A stretch of 64,000 bases of DNA, taken from Geosiphon pyriformis uo1 (taxonomy: Eukaryota; Fungi; Glomeromycota). The position numbers and the translations under genes are program-made. This document shows positions 12,700 through 25,699 of this stretch, one piece after another (the first letter of the stretch is position 1; each line of letters opens with the position of its first letter). The notes below the pieces were generated by a model. The model was given only the letters and a program-made list of their open reading frames with translations, was not told the origin of the DNA and searched no databases. Where the stretch lies: NCBI GenBank assembly GCA_016748015.1, contig JAAOMT010000790.1, forward strand, positions 137,479 through 201,478, in the 5' to 3' direction.

Positions 12700-15600
12700 T
12701 TTTTTAATTTTGAAAAGAAGTTTAAGTGTTTATAATTTTTAAATTATATGAGTAAAAAAAAGTTTTAACCAATATCAGACTTATTATCTTGATTAACATT
12801 GCTTGTAAAATTTTATTTAAGATTTTTTTAAACAAAATTTCTTTAACTTATAACAAATTTGGTATTTTTTATGATAACAATTTTTCTGTGTTAAAAAGTA
12901 TTATTATTTAGTTTTTTATTTTTGTAATAAGCTTAATTATAAAAAATATATTAAAAAAAATTATAAAGTTTAATTGGTTTTATAAAACATATATAAAGTA
13001 TATAATTTTATTAGATAATATTACAGTTTGGTTAAAATAAAAATATATAAGTGGTTTATAAAATTTTTTGGTAATATTTACAATAACAAAATTAATTAAA
13101 TTATGACAAATTTTAGATTGACTAATAAATACCAAGTACATGATAATTTAAATTAATGTAAAATTTTCTTTTCTTTGTTTTAAAAAATTTTTTATGATTC
13201 TTTTTTGTGTAAAATAAAAAGACTTAAAAGTTTGTTTAATTATTAAATTGATATTAAATTTGTTGTTAAGACTGGCAGAATTAAAAATTAAGCTAAATTA
13301 ACTGTTTTTTTAACAGCTAGTACATTTGTTAATAATACAATCTAAATTAATAATAATATGATTATAATTTAATATATTTTAAATATTGTTAGTAAGTTCT
13401 TTATAATTAATAATATTTTAATTAACAGTAAAAAAAATGATTTGTTATTTTATAAATATATAAGTTAAAAATTTTTTATTGTCAATATGTAAAATGTTAA
13501 TTTTTATTGCAAAAAAAAAAAAAAATTTTATAGATATCTAGATATTTTTTTGTTATTAAAGAATCTAAATTTAGTTTAACTAAAACTTATTTAGATATTC
13601 GGTTTTTTTTAATATGGTTTTAAAAAAAATTATCTTAAACAAACAATTTTTTTATTTAATTTTGGCTGTATTACAAATTATAGTTAATTATAAAACTTAA
13701 TTCAGTTTTGTTTCTAAAAGTATATATAATAAATAAAATATGTTAATTAAAAAAAATCTAAGGGTTGTTATTGGAGATTTTTGGTTTTTTTTTTTAATAT
13801 TGTTGTTGTTGTTTTATTGTTAATTTTTAATTATTAAAAGTAATTAAATCTTCAATAATTAAATTTATTTTTAAATTGTTTCCTATAATTTAAATTGCTG
13901 AGTTTATAAATAGAATAGCCAATTTTATACTAATTGTTTATATAGTTACTTTGTAATACAAATCAACTTTTTTTAGAAAATACTTGTTTAAAAGCTTATT
14001 CAAAATGTATAGTTACTTTGCTAAAAAAGTTAATTCTTTTACAAAAATTTTGTTTATAAACTATTTTAATAGATATAATAATAAAAGAAAAGAAAAATAA
14101 AAAAAATGTAAAAAAAAAAGATTTTATTAAGGAAATTATCTGCTGTTTAAGCCTAAAATTACTAACAAATTACTGAAATTAATAGTTAGTTAATTTTAAA
14201 ATATTAATTAAAATTTGGGAAAATTTTAAGTAAAATTAATTATAAATTTGTTGTTTTTAATATAGTTTTTGTTGAAGTGATTTGTATAAATATTTTAAGA
14301 AAAATATTTTTAATAAAGATAAATTCTAACTAAAATATATTTTTTTAAAAAAAAAGCTCTTTTTTTATACAATTTGTTATAATACTAGTTTGTAAACTTG
14401 TATTTTTATTTTTATTATTAGTTTGCCAAATTAAAGATATATTTTAGCAAAGTATAAGTTATTTCTACAAATTATTGAATATTTTAGTAAATTATTAATT
14501 ATTTCAGTAAATTTTTACAAATTTTGGTAAATTCTTAAATGTTATATAATTTATGGTATTGTATAATCTGATTATTACAATTTGTGTATTATATAAATTG
14601 AGTTTATTAATTGGATGATAATTTTGGTAATTTAACTAAATAATATGTAATAATAATTAATAATAATAATAAATATTAATTAATAATAAGAATTATAAAA
14701 GTAATTTTATGTTAAATAATAACTCAAATTTTTACTGATAATAAAATAAAAATTGGCTTACCAAAGAATTTTCTTAATAAAATTTTATATTACCTATTTT
14801 TATATAGTTTAAAGTCATTTAAACAATTGTAAAGAAAATAAGGTGGCTTTATATTGTTTTTTTCAAATATTAATAGTATTTTTAGTTGTCTATTTAATTA
14901 TAAATCTTTGGATTTGCAAGTATTAAACTAGTTTTTGTTATTTAAATAGAAAAACCAGTCCAAAATTATTAAAAAAACGTAATTACTATGTAATAATATA
15001 AAAAAACATAAATAACACAAAATAATACAAAATAATACAAAATATTATAAAATAACTCAAAATAATACAAGATAACACAATAATACAAAATAGCACAGAA
15101 TAACTAATAAGAATATAGGATAACTAGTTATAATAAAAAAAAATAAAACAATAGTTAAAATAATAATTAATAATTAATAATAACAAGCAATAAAAAGAAA
15201 TTTTGTAAAACTAGAAAATATATATAAAAGCAAATAGTTTTAACAAATAAAAAAAACAGATTGGATAAAAATCAGTTTAATATTTTTATATTATTCTTAA
15301 TCTTAAAAACTTCTTTCTTTTTTTCATTTTTTATATTTTAATTTTACCAAATAAAATATTATTGTTTAATTTACAAGTCTATAATTCTAATACTCTAATT
15401 GTCAAAATTTGATTAATTGTTTTTGTTTATTTTTATTTCAAATCAGATAAAATTAGCATAATTACTTTTAAAACTTTAATAATTTAAACTAATTGCTCTT
15501 AATTATAGCAATTAACAGAATACTAATTTTTTGTTTTTTTTGTAAAATAACAACATTAAAAATCAACTGCTTAGAAATAAACTTTGTAATAATCTAGTAA

Positions 15601-17787
15601 AAAAAAGCTTTCTCTAAGTTTAAATATTCACTTTATTTTATTAGCTTATCAGAAAAACAAAAAAACAATATTAGATCTTAGTAACTATACTTATTAATTC
15701 AGAAAAAAATACAATTATAACAATACAATTAAAAAAACAACATTTTTGTGTCTTATAACAAAAATACTTAATAAGTAAAACTTTAGACAGAAAAATTTTC
15801 AGAAATTAATAACTAATTTTATTATCAAAACTAATTTATTTAAACTTAATTTGTTCTCAATATTAAATTATAAATACTAATATTATAAACATACTTAATT
15901 AAATTTATTTATAATATTTTTTAACCATTTTTTACATTTTCTGATAAGATTAAAAATCAGTTTAGTGAACAATTTTTTGGCTGAAATTGTGAAATTTTTT
16001 TTGAACTGTAATATTTTCTTAATTAACAATTTGCTCTTAGCATTTTATTTCTTTATTGGTATTTTAATGTTTTTTATTTTGAAACAAACAGTTTTTTACA
16101 ATATTTTTTGCTCTTTTAAGAGATTTGGTATTGTTTTTACTAAACAGTTTTACATTAAAAAAGATTTGAATTTTAATTAAAAAAGTTTTTATTACTAAAA
16201 AAAACTTAATTTTAGAGATCTTGTTTTTGTTTAGTTTAATTTAATATTTGAGTATTTGTATAATAAAGTTTTTTGTTGTAGTATTTTTGTTTTTTAATGG
16301 TGGTTTTTATTTCTTAAATATGCTTAATTTTTATTTTTTTTTAATGATAAAAAAAGTTTTACTGATAATATTTTGGATATTATTAATGTTTATACTAATA
16401 AATTTCCAAAAAATTTGGAAATATTTGATGTAAAAAATATCACAATTCTATTTTTTAATATAGATTTGGTTATTAGTATTAAAATAGGTGGTTTGGTCTT
16501 ATTTACTTTAATGAAACTACTGATAATTACATTAACTTTGAAATAAATTTTCAATTTCTGTTTAGTTATAATATATTTTAATAGTTAAGCTGCTTTGAAT
16601 GCTTATTTATCAGAGCTAAACTTAATAATATCAGATTTTTGTAATTATTATTAACTTAAAAAATATCAAGTTTTAAACTCTATTAAGAATAAAATTATTA
16701 ATATTACTTGATTCAAAGTTAAAGATTATTTGGATGTTTTTGGTAATAAGAAAACCAATAAGTTTGTTTATACTGTATCTAACTCAAGTTTGGTGTTTTC
16801 TATTAAGATTCATAAAAAATATAGATGAATAGATAATAATACAGTTTTAAAGAATACTTAGTATTTTGTTTGTAATATTTTTAGATCTATTTATTATGTT
16901 TATTAAAAGATTAATTTTGGTTTTAATATGTTTACTGAAAATTTAATAAAAAATATTGACTAAACTAAAACTTTATTAATATAGCATTCTGACTTGTATA
17001 TAATTTTTAAATTTATAAATAAACTTACAGCTAATTTTTGGTTTTATTTTATGAAAGCTTTCTATTGTTGTTTAAAAGCATTTATATAACAGAAATTATT
17101 CTAATTTTTTATGTTTTTATTGTAAAAATGTCGAATTTTCTGATTATTTTTTGTGTACAAAATAAATTAGACTATTCAAAAAATTGCTTAGATTATGTAT
17201 AACTTTTTGGGTATTTTTGTTTGGCTTGAACTTATTATTATTTTGTGTTTTATAAATGCTTTTAGTATATATTTTTAATAATATAATTTATACTATTTTA
17301 TGTAAAAATATGGTTTTTAAATTATAATATTTAGAAGCTTTATCTGTTTTGGTTGCTTCAAGATTATAATTGAGTGTATTATAAATTTTGTGCATAATAT
17401 TGGAATAGTTTACTATAATAGTATTTAATTGATTAAATCTAAGTATAAAATACTTTAGGAAAAAAAAATTGATTATTTGTAATAAGTTTGCAATTTTTGT
17501 GGTATATAGTTTGTTTTATTTACTTTTTAATAAAGTCATAAAACTATTTAAGATTATAAAAGTATTTAACATTAATTTTGGTTTATGTAAATTGTGTTTA
17601 TTTTTTTATAATATAAATTGTAATATTTTTATTAAGATAGATTTATAATGTTGCTTTGGTTGGCCTAAATAACTAATTATATGTAAAAAAAATGCATAAT
17701 TTGTATTTAGTTTAGATTATTTAGTTTAATATATAATATTAGATAGCATTTGAACTTTATTCATTAAAAAATTAATAAAAAAAAAAA
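12700..17787 (+). mobile_element. Heavily AT-decayed LINE (copy C: RT to RNaseH to 3' UTR/poly(A)) with two internal insertions (~13765-14745, ~14940-15935)
   Basis: Residual collinear similarity, e.g. 12766-12900 vs 34611-34745, 14750-14830 vs 35625-35700, and 3' UTR 17645-17787 vs 11075-11212; left boundary approximate. Confidence 0.72.
15010..15125. repeat. Degenerate 10-bp tandem repeat (AATAATACAA)n
   Basis: About ten degenerate units read directly. Confidence 0.7.
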
Positions 17788-17989
17788 GCAAAAATTTTTT
17801 TCTCTAATTTTATAATTATAATTAAAACAAAGAATAAAAAAGTTTTTAAATATTATTTTTTTTGTAATAACTAATAAAGTTTAATAATAAAAATTGTTTT
17901 TAACAATTTTTAACCTATTTTTTTATCTTTAATTAATGGTTTTTTTTCAGTTAAAATGTTTTTTAAAAAACATACTTAAGTAAGTTTTA

Positions 17990-19500
17990 GTGTTGTTTTT
18001 ATTTTTTTTAAAAGTCTAAAAGTTTTTAATAATAAGTTAATTAATAAACTGATTTTTTTTGCTTTTATTATTAATATTATTATGATTTTTTTACAAATGA
18101 CCAAAAAAATCAAAAATTCCAAAAAACAGCAATAATTGTTTATATCTATTATTATTATACTAAACTTTTTTATAGTTTTAAATAAAATTTTAGAAAATTT
18201 TTTTTTAATAATAACCAGTTTTTTTTTAATATAAAAAATAATAATATTAGCATATTTTTTAAGACAAGTTAAGATTAATCACTAATTGTATTGCCAATTG
18301 TAATGTTTTTTGGCAAATTATTGCTGGAAAACAACTTATTAAGTTATTTAATTTTAAAGATTGAACTAATTAAATAGAAATTAATTTAACTTTTTTTTGG
18401 TTTTTTAATATTGTCTTTAATAATATTTAAAAAACAATTTTTAGTTGTTAAAAATTTTTAAAATAAGTAATCTCTATTTTGGTGTTTAATGTTATATTTA
18501 AAATTAAATTGACTTTAGTTAATTTTTTGTTTTATTTATTATCTGGTTTTATTAAATTTAAATTTGGTTTAAAAAATAATATTAAGTTGTTTTATATAGA
18601 TTTTACTTTAAGTCTTTCTTAATTACTGTTACCAAAATTGTTGTTAGTAATTTTTTTTAATTATACTTAAAATTGCAAAATCTTTTATAGTAATTTCTGT
18701 TTTTTTTCTTTTTCTGTTGTATTATATAATATTCTTCTTAATATATTTTTTGATAATATTAAAAATATTCTTGGTGTTTTTAATATTTTTACTTTAGTTA
18801 AATTAAAATCTACTAGTTTGTAATAATATATTGTTATTAATTTTAAAAACTTTTTTTCTGATATTGTTTTTAATACTAGTTAAAAAAATTTTTTTTTGCT
18901 TAACTAAAAAGAAATTTTTAGTTTAAGAAACACTTTTAAAACCAAATTGGTTAATTTTTTTTTAGTTGTACTGTCTTTAAAATCAATAATTTGATTTTCA
19001 AATTGGTAATTATATTTGTTTTATTTCTTATTTTTTTAATTTTTATTATTATTAATGTTTTGCTATTATAATATTTAATTCTTATAAATTTTTAAACCTT
19101 AGTATTATAAAAACTAGTATTTTACACAAATATTATATTTAATAAAAAATTTTTAAATATTATTAATATTATAAATATTAAAGTTTAGATTATTTGTTTG
19201 CTAATTGCATAGTATTATAATCTTTTTTTTTTTAAATTATTAATTAATTTTGTTATTGACTTTAGATTTTTTGTATTATTTTTTGTTGATAAAAAATTTT
19301 ATGCTAAAGTTTTTGTCTTTTTGGCTTTTTTGCTTGTTATTTTTTTGGTTATTTTTGTTGTTAATTCTGTTATTAAATCTATATTGAATTTTTTGAAATC
19401 TCAAATTTTAAGTTTAGCTGTTTTAATTAAATTAGTTATTAAACTAATTAACTTATTAATTAAATTAATTTAAACACTTTTTTTTCTATGTATATAAAAC
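17990..19500 (+). pseudogene. Very AT-decayed, T-rich ORF-like relic, probably ORF1 of another LINE subfamily
   Basis: T-rich + strand like the other LINEs; residual protein-like stretch MTKKIKNSKKQQ at ~18098; not alignable with confidence within the window. Confidence 0.3.
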
Positions 19501-19991
19501 TTAAAAATATTATTATAATTGTTTAAAATAAGATATTTGTTTTTAATAAAGCTTTAAACAAAAGTTAATATTAAGATAATTAAAGTTAAAATTAAATATA
19601 GTATTAAAACTAATTTAATAAATAATATTAATTATATATTAAACAAAAATATTTATTCATAGTTAATAACTGTTTAAAAACATTAATTTTTTAAAATTAA
19701 TCTGAATCTAGATAAAATTACTAAATAATTAAGTAAATTAGTTGTAAATAGTATTTTATTATTATTATACATAAAATATTTTTTTAAAATATATATTTTT
19801 TTAAATTTAATATAGTTTAGTCTAAATTAGATTTATATTTAATTACATATAAAAAATTTTTAATTAATATTTATTTTAAGTTTGTCATATTATATTAAGT
19901 TATATTTAAGTTTATATATTAAATAAAAAATACATAATAATTTAATTTCTTTACAATTAATTTTTCTAAATATAAAAATAATATAATATAA

Positions 19992-20740
19992 AAAACTTCT
20001 TTCTCTCTTATCTCCAAAAATCCTTAAAAAGCGCATTTTCTAAAAAAGAAGTTTTCTATTTTTTCTTGTTAGTTTTTTCAACATTTCTTTAAATAACAAC
20101 CCTTTTGTTATGGATTTAAAGGCTGCTTCAGGTGGTGATATGTCAAAAAAAAAGACACCCAAAGGAGCTTTCTATGGTTCTGCTGGTGGTTTTTTTGCTC
20201 AAAAGAAAAAAATGGTTTTTGGGAACATTAAACACTCTGGTAATAAGAAGGATATCTCTTTAAGTAAATCTGGATCTGATAATAGTGTGTATTCTGATGT
20301 GGATAGTCTGTTTGGTAATAATGAAGATGTTGGCATGGCTGGTGTAAATGGTGAGTCTCTTTTGGGTTTGGCTGCAACCACTTCCAAGGCAAAATGTATT
20401 AATACTGGTGCTGCTTTTGGTTTCCCATTTGGTTCTCCCAACTTTGACATGGACAATAATAAAGAAGTGTTTCTTCCTTCTTGTTTTTCTATCTTTCTAG
20501 ATAAGAAGTGGGTTGATTCCAAAATTATCAAAACTCAGGTGGAGGTTTCAGTTAGGCAATCTTTTGCTTTGGACATTAATTTCTCAGCTGTAGAAGGGAA
20601 ATCAATGATGGCAAAAACCCAAATTATTAGAAAAATTTTTTCAACTGTCAATGGTTTTGGGAGGGCCATTACTCCTTTAAAATTTAAAGGAATCATCTGA
20701 TCGACATTTACTTTAGAAAAAAGCATGGAAATGGCCGCAT
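19992..20740 (+). mobile_element. LINE X, 5' head (5' UTR and ORF1 N-terminus, ATG 20110)
   Basis: MDLKAASGGDMSKKK...II*STFTLEKSMEMAA; collinear with copy Z; ends abruptly at CGCAT 20736-20740. Confidence 0.88.
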
Positions 20741-21506
20741 CCCCAGCCTTTTTAAAAGCCTGTGCCAAGCTCGATTCAGACGTAAATGTTGCTTTGATGA
20801 TCCCAGCAAATTTTGAGGGGGTAGAGGCCCCCCCAAAACCATTGATTCCTAAAAATAATTTCCTGACTGCAGAAAGTTTCTCTTGAGAAGATTTACCAGT
20901 CACTTTTTTCAATCCAATATTCAGAGCAAATGACTTACAAACAGGGACATTAACCAGATTTCTCAAAGGAGTAGGAAGTTCTAAATAACCACATGACAGA
21001 ACATCACCATTATCATCATTGCCCAAAAAATTAATTTTGCCCAGAGATTTACCCAAACTTTGCTTAGTAACTACCTTGGGCCCTTTGAGTGTTTGGTTAA
21101 TGTTTCTTCTTTCCAAAAGATCACTTTCTCTATAATCTACACTAGTTTCCTCAATCAAAAAATCCTTTTCTATGTTCACACTGTCAGATTCAGTGGTATT
21201 CCCAGCCTCAGACTCCCAAGAACCACCAACCACTTTATCAGACACAACCATTTTTTGAGCAGCACCATTCTTCAGAACACCACCCTTCCTTTTTTTCCTA
21301 GAAGCAATGTCTTTACTAACAGTATCAGCACTAAAGTCTTTGGCAGATTTCTTCATCACAACAACACTGGAACCAATAATGGCCTTGTAATCAAGCAGGA
21401 AAGGTTTGGATTTATCGTACTGAATTGTAGAAAACTTCTTTTCAAAAAACTTTTGACTCTTTTTTAGGAATTTGGGACAAAGGAGAGAAAGAAGTTTTTG
21501 TTGTAA
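20736..21506 (-). mobile_element. LINE Y, 5' head (5' UTR and ORF1 N-terminus, ATG 21359), now inverted
   Basis: MMKKSAKDFS...GINGFGGASTPSKFAGIIKATFTSESSLAQAFKKAGDA; flanked by the rc of the 23-bp TSD found at 38452-38474. Confidence 0.88.
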
Positions 21507-23255
21507 ATATTTATAATAAATAAATATTTAAAAATTATTTAATAAAATTAAAGTATTAAATATATTTAATTTAATATTATAAGTTTTTTGTTAAATAAAA
21601 TATTATAACTTTAATGTCTTATATTAAAAATTTTTAATTCAATCTAAAAGTTTTATCAATTTATTTTTGTGTTTTTATTTGTAAAATTTTATTTATAAAT
21701 TAAGTATAATAATAGTTAATTATAATAATAATAATTTTATTTTATGTTATTAATCATAATTAATAAAGTTTAATTTTGTTTTTTTACTTTTTTGATAAAT
21801 TAATAATCTTGTTTTTTCTAATATTTTATTTTATTTTATTTTGCTATTAAACTTTTTTTACCAAATTATTATAATATTAAAACTTTTATTAACTTAATAA
21901 TTTTATTTTTTATTATTATTATTTAATTAAAACAAAATAATACAATTTTAGTTTTAAAAAGTTTTTTACAAAATATTAATAAAAATACAAATGTTTTTTA
22001 CTTTGTAAACTTTAAATAAATTTTATTTTTTTTTATTTTTTTTAATTATATAATTTAAAAAAGTTTTTACTGTTTTTGATAATAATAAAACAGTTTTAAA
22101 ATTAAGTTTTTTTAAAAAAAAATTAAATTTAATATTTTAAATTTGTTTTAATACTTGTTATAAATATTAAAGATAATTTAAAAAAATTAACAAAATTTTA
22201 AAAAATTTAAAAAATAATTGTTTTTTTTAATTATTTTATATTATTAAATATATGTATATATACAAATAATTTAATTAAATTTTGTAATTTTTATTATTTT
22301 TTTACAATAAAATTTTTTTTAAACACAATATATCTAAACTTAAAATACTTTTTTAAATATTTTTTTCAATTTAATTAAATATTATTAATTTTTTTATTTA
22401 ATTAGTTTTTTAAAAAATCTTTTTTAATTAAGCTTTATAAAAAAAACTTATATTTATAAATATACAACTGAAATTCATAATTATAAAATATAAAACTTAA
22501 AAACAAATATTTTTAATGCAATTAGCTAATTTTAAAATTTATTTTTGGTCTTTATACAAAAAAAACTTATATATTATATAAATTTTTAAAATATTATAAA
22601 AATATCTAAAAATTAAAATAAATTTTTTTAAATAATAACAATAATATTTATTTTAGACTTACTAATCTGAATTAAACTAAATAATTATAAATTATTGGTT
22701 TTTAATAAATAAAAAATAATTTTATTAATTTTAATTTTAATTAAAACAAATTTTTTTTTAATAATAATTAAATTTATTTTAAATATTACTTATTATTTTA
22801 TTGTTTAATATTTATTGTAAAATATAATTTTGGAAAAATAATTTTTTTTTCTAAATTAACTTTTTATTTTATTATTATATGTTTTTAAATTAAGATATTT
22901 GTTAATTTTTTATTTTAATTTTAGTTAATAATATTAAAAAAAACCAAATTTAATATAATAATAATATTTTAAAAAATAATAAAATTAGAAAAAAATAAAA
23001 CCAATAATTATTATTAATAGTATTATAATAATAAAAAAGTTAGTAAAAAAGTTGTTCATGATTTTATTAATAATATTTTTATATAAAAGTCAAAAAATAA
23101 AAATAAAAATATTAAAAACTTTAATAATAAAACAGTTTTTTTTAAACAATTTTTATTTAGATATAGTTTAATTAATATTAATGAATTTAATAATATAAAA
23201 CTAATTTTAAAAAAATAAAAAAGTTTGTAATAATTAATAATCTTAAAAAATTAAA

Positions 23256-25295
23256 GGCCAATCTACCTAAAGATTTTCCAAATAAGGCTTTGTATCATCT
23301 GGAATTATACAGTTTAAGAATTTTTGACTGAGAATATATTGGCTGGCTTGGTTGTGTTTGTGAATACTGGTGGAATCTTCAGTAAGCTATTCAGGCACAG
23401 AGTCATGGAGTTGCAGCCCACTAGCTGGATGCCCCAGCATCCTCTAAAAGTTCTGATTAATTTGCTGATTAATCCCACAAATTGTTTTTTGGCTGGTGCG
23501 ACACATGCTCTCAAGTTATATAACCTTTCATTGGGTGGTGATCTGCCTGATGTTTTTCAGGCCAAGAATAGTATCGCAGTTTTGGACATATTTGGTTTAG
23601 AGTCTTATTTGTATGTGGCAAAGTCTCTTAAAAGATACAGCATAATGTTTGTTCATTAGTTTTTGGACCACCAAGGTGCATGTTTTAAGTGGAACACTTT
23701 TTGCAGGTGGAAGAAGCTGGACTCTAGAGGCCCAGTTCCTGTCTGATTTGTCTTGTTGGTTGAATTTATCAATGGGGGCAGTTTGTCGAATTGTGTGGTA
23801 TTGTCTTATTGTTCAGCTCTTGCTAACTTTCCTTATGACTTCAGTTATGTTAATGAGCATTTGCTGAATTCTGATTTGAGTTCTGTGACCATCTATACAG
23901 ATAGTTCCGTCAAAGGTTTGGGTTCATTGAGTGCTCATGGTAGTGCTGCCGCCTACTTTCTGGATACAAACATTAGCATCGGGGTCAAGATGGATGGAAG
24001 CTACAAGTTATTGTACTTGCTTTAAAGTGTGTGTCCGCTTCTCGGTCTGTTAATTTGTTTACTGACAGCCAGGCTTTGCTGGACTTGTGCAAATCTGGTG
24101 GTGGTGTATTTAGTCCTGATTTTCATGACAAATGCTGGATTGAGAAGGAACATATTTGCTGTGTTATCTCTAAAAAAAGCTTGTTGGTTATTTGGAACAA
24201 AGTCAAGGGTCATTCTGGTGTTGTTGAAAACAAATGTGCCAATTTTTATGTTGATGCTGCTGTTGCTTCTAAGTTCTTTTTGCCTCTTGTGGTTCCTTAT
24301 CGCTTTCTCAAGGTTGAAGACAGGCCTGTCTCTGGAAATGCTTGTCATGTTGCCAAAAAATTGTTTAATGCTGTTCATTCTGTTGGTTGGGAAGCCAAAT
24401 GTGTTGGTAGCTTCATTAGTGTGGGTTTCTGTGACCGTTTTGATAAGGCCAAAACCTTTTGTGTTTGGCATCCTGATGGCAAGATCAAAATCTGGCTACA
24501 CCAGTAGTGTGTCAGCAACACTTTGGTCATATCTTATAAAGGCACTCCACCACTGATTACCAGTGGCCAAAAGGAAAAGATTGTACAATTTAAGATATCC
24601 AAATATTGCCTGCATTCAGTGTGGGTTGGTGAAAGACTCTGATTACATGTTTTCCTGCACTCATGATGCTAATGTTCAGGAAATTTTGTTGTCTGATGCT
24701 TCTATGGAGTGGAATGTAGTGCTGGGAATTTCTGCTGATAAAAATGTGATTGCTAAGTCACTGCATGAGACTGGGTTTTCCATCAACCTATTCACAGCGC
24801 TGGCTAAAGGTTTTGTGTTGAAAGACTGGGTGGCTGACACAGTAAGCTGTTTGGGTGCTGGTTTTGGTAGGGGTATGTTGGTTGTTGATTTCATTCATTG
24901 TTTTGCTGAAAGTTACAGGTCAGCCATTTGGATACCAACAGTTAAGTTGAGATCTTATTATGAAAAGCATAACCTTCTGCCACAAGATGGCTCCTCTTTT
25001 TTTTCAGTGTCTGGTCTGTCTTCTTTGTGGTCTGCTGGGTCAATTCGAGATTTTGGTTTCAGGTTGGGTGTTTACATATGCTTCAGGTTGCACCTGTGCC
25101 TTACAAAATCAGACTTTGGTTTTTTGAGTAGTTTTCCTGTAGCAGAAATTCTGGATGTGTAGTGCTGCCTTGGTTGGTCTAAGTAACTAGTTATGTGTAG
25201 AAAAAGCATGAACCATGCTTAATTTAGATTCTGTGTATTCTATGTACTTAGATAGTGGTTGGACTGCACTCATAAAATCTTTAATAAAAAAAAAA
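23256..25295 (+). mobile_element. 5'-truncated LINE copy D (Y subfamily): RNaseH, C-terminal CCHC, 3' UTR, poly(A)
   Basis: Closely similar to 35625-37627 (IYTDSS, FTDSQA, KVKGHSG, CIQCG..DSDYMFSC); probable TSD AAAAAATTAAA at 23245-23255 and 25290-25300. Confidence 0.9.
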
Positions 25296-25699
25296 TTAAA
25301 TATATATTTAAATCAGATAATAATTATTAAAGAGTTTTTTAAAAAAATAATTGTCTTAATTTTATTTAAGTTTAACAAAATAGTATTAATTTAATTACAA
25401 TTAATTAAACTATACTAAATTAAATCAAGCTAAATTATTAGCTTTTAAATAATTTGTATTAAAAAATAAAAACTTTATTTATGTTAATAATTAAAATATT
25501 TAAGAATAAAAAAATAAAAATAAACTATATAATTTATTTTGTTAATAAATATTATTATTTATAATTTTGGAAATTTTTTAAAAAAATAAGCAAAAAACTT
25601 GTATTATTAATTGCATATTTATTATTATTAATAAAATAAAATATATTATTATTTGTTTTAAAGCTAAAAACAATTTAAAAAAAACTTATTATATTATAT

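Noticed and set aside
20535-21359. 274-aa ORF as a novel protein (likewise 31467-31736 and 31606-31995)
   Set aside because: Chimeric read-through across the inversion junctions into the antisense strand of another LINE.
21530-23240. Centromere, origin or organelle-derived AT-rich DNA
   Set aside because: No periodic satellite or organellar gene; composition matches the end-point of repeat decay seen in copy C. A centromeric role cannot be tested from sequence alone.
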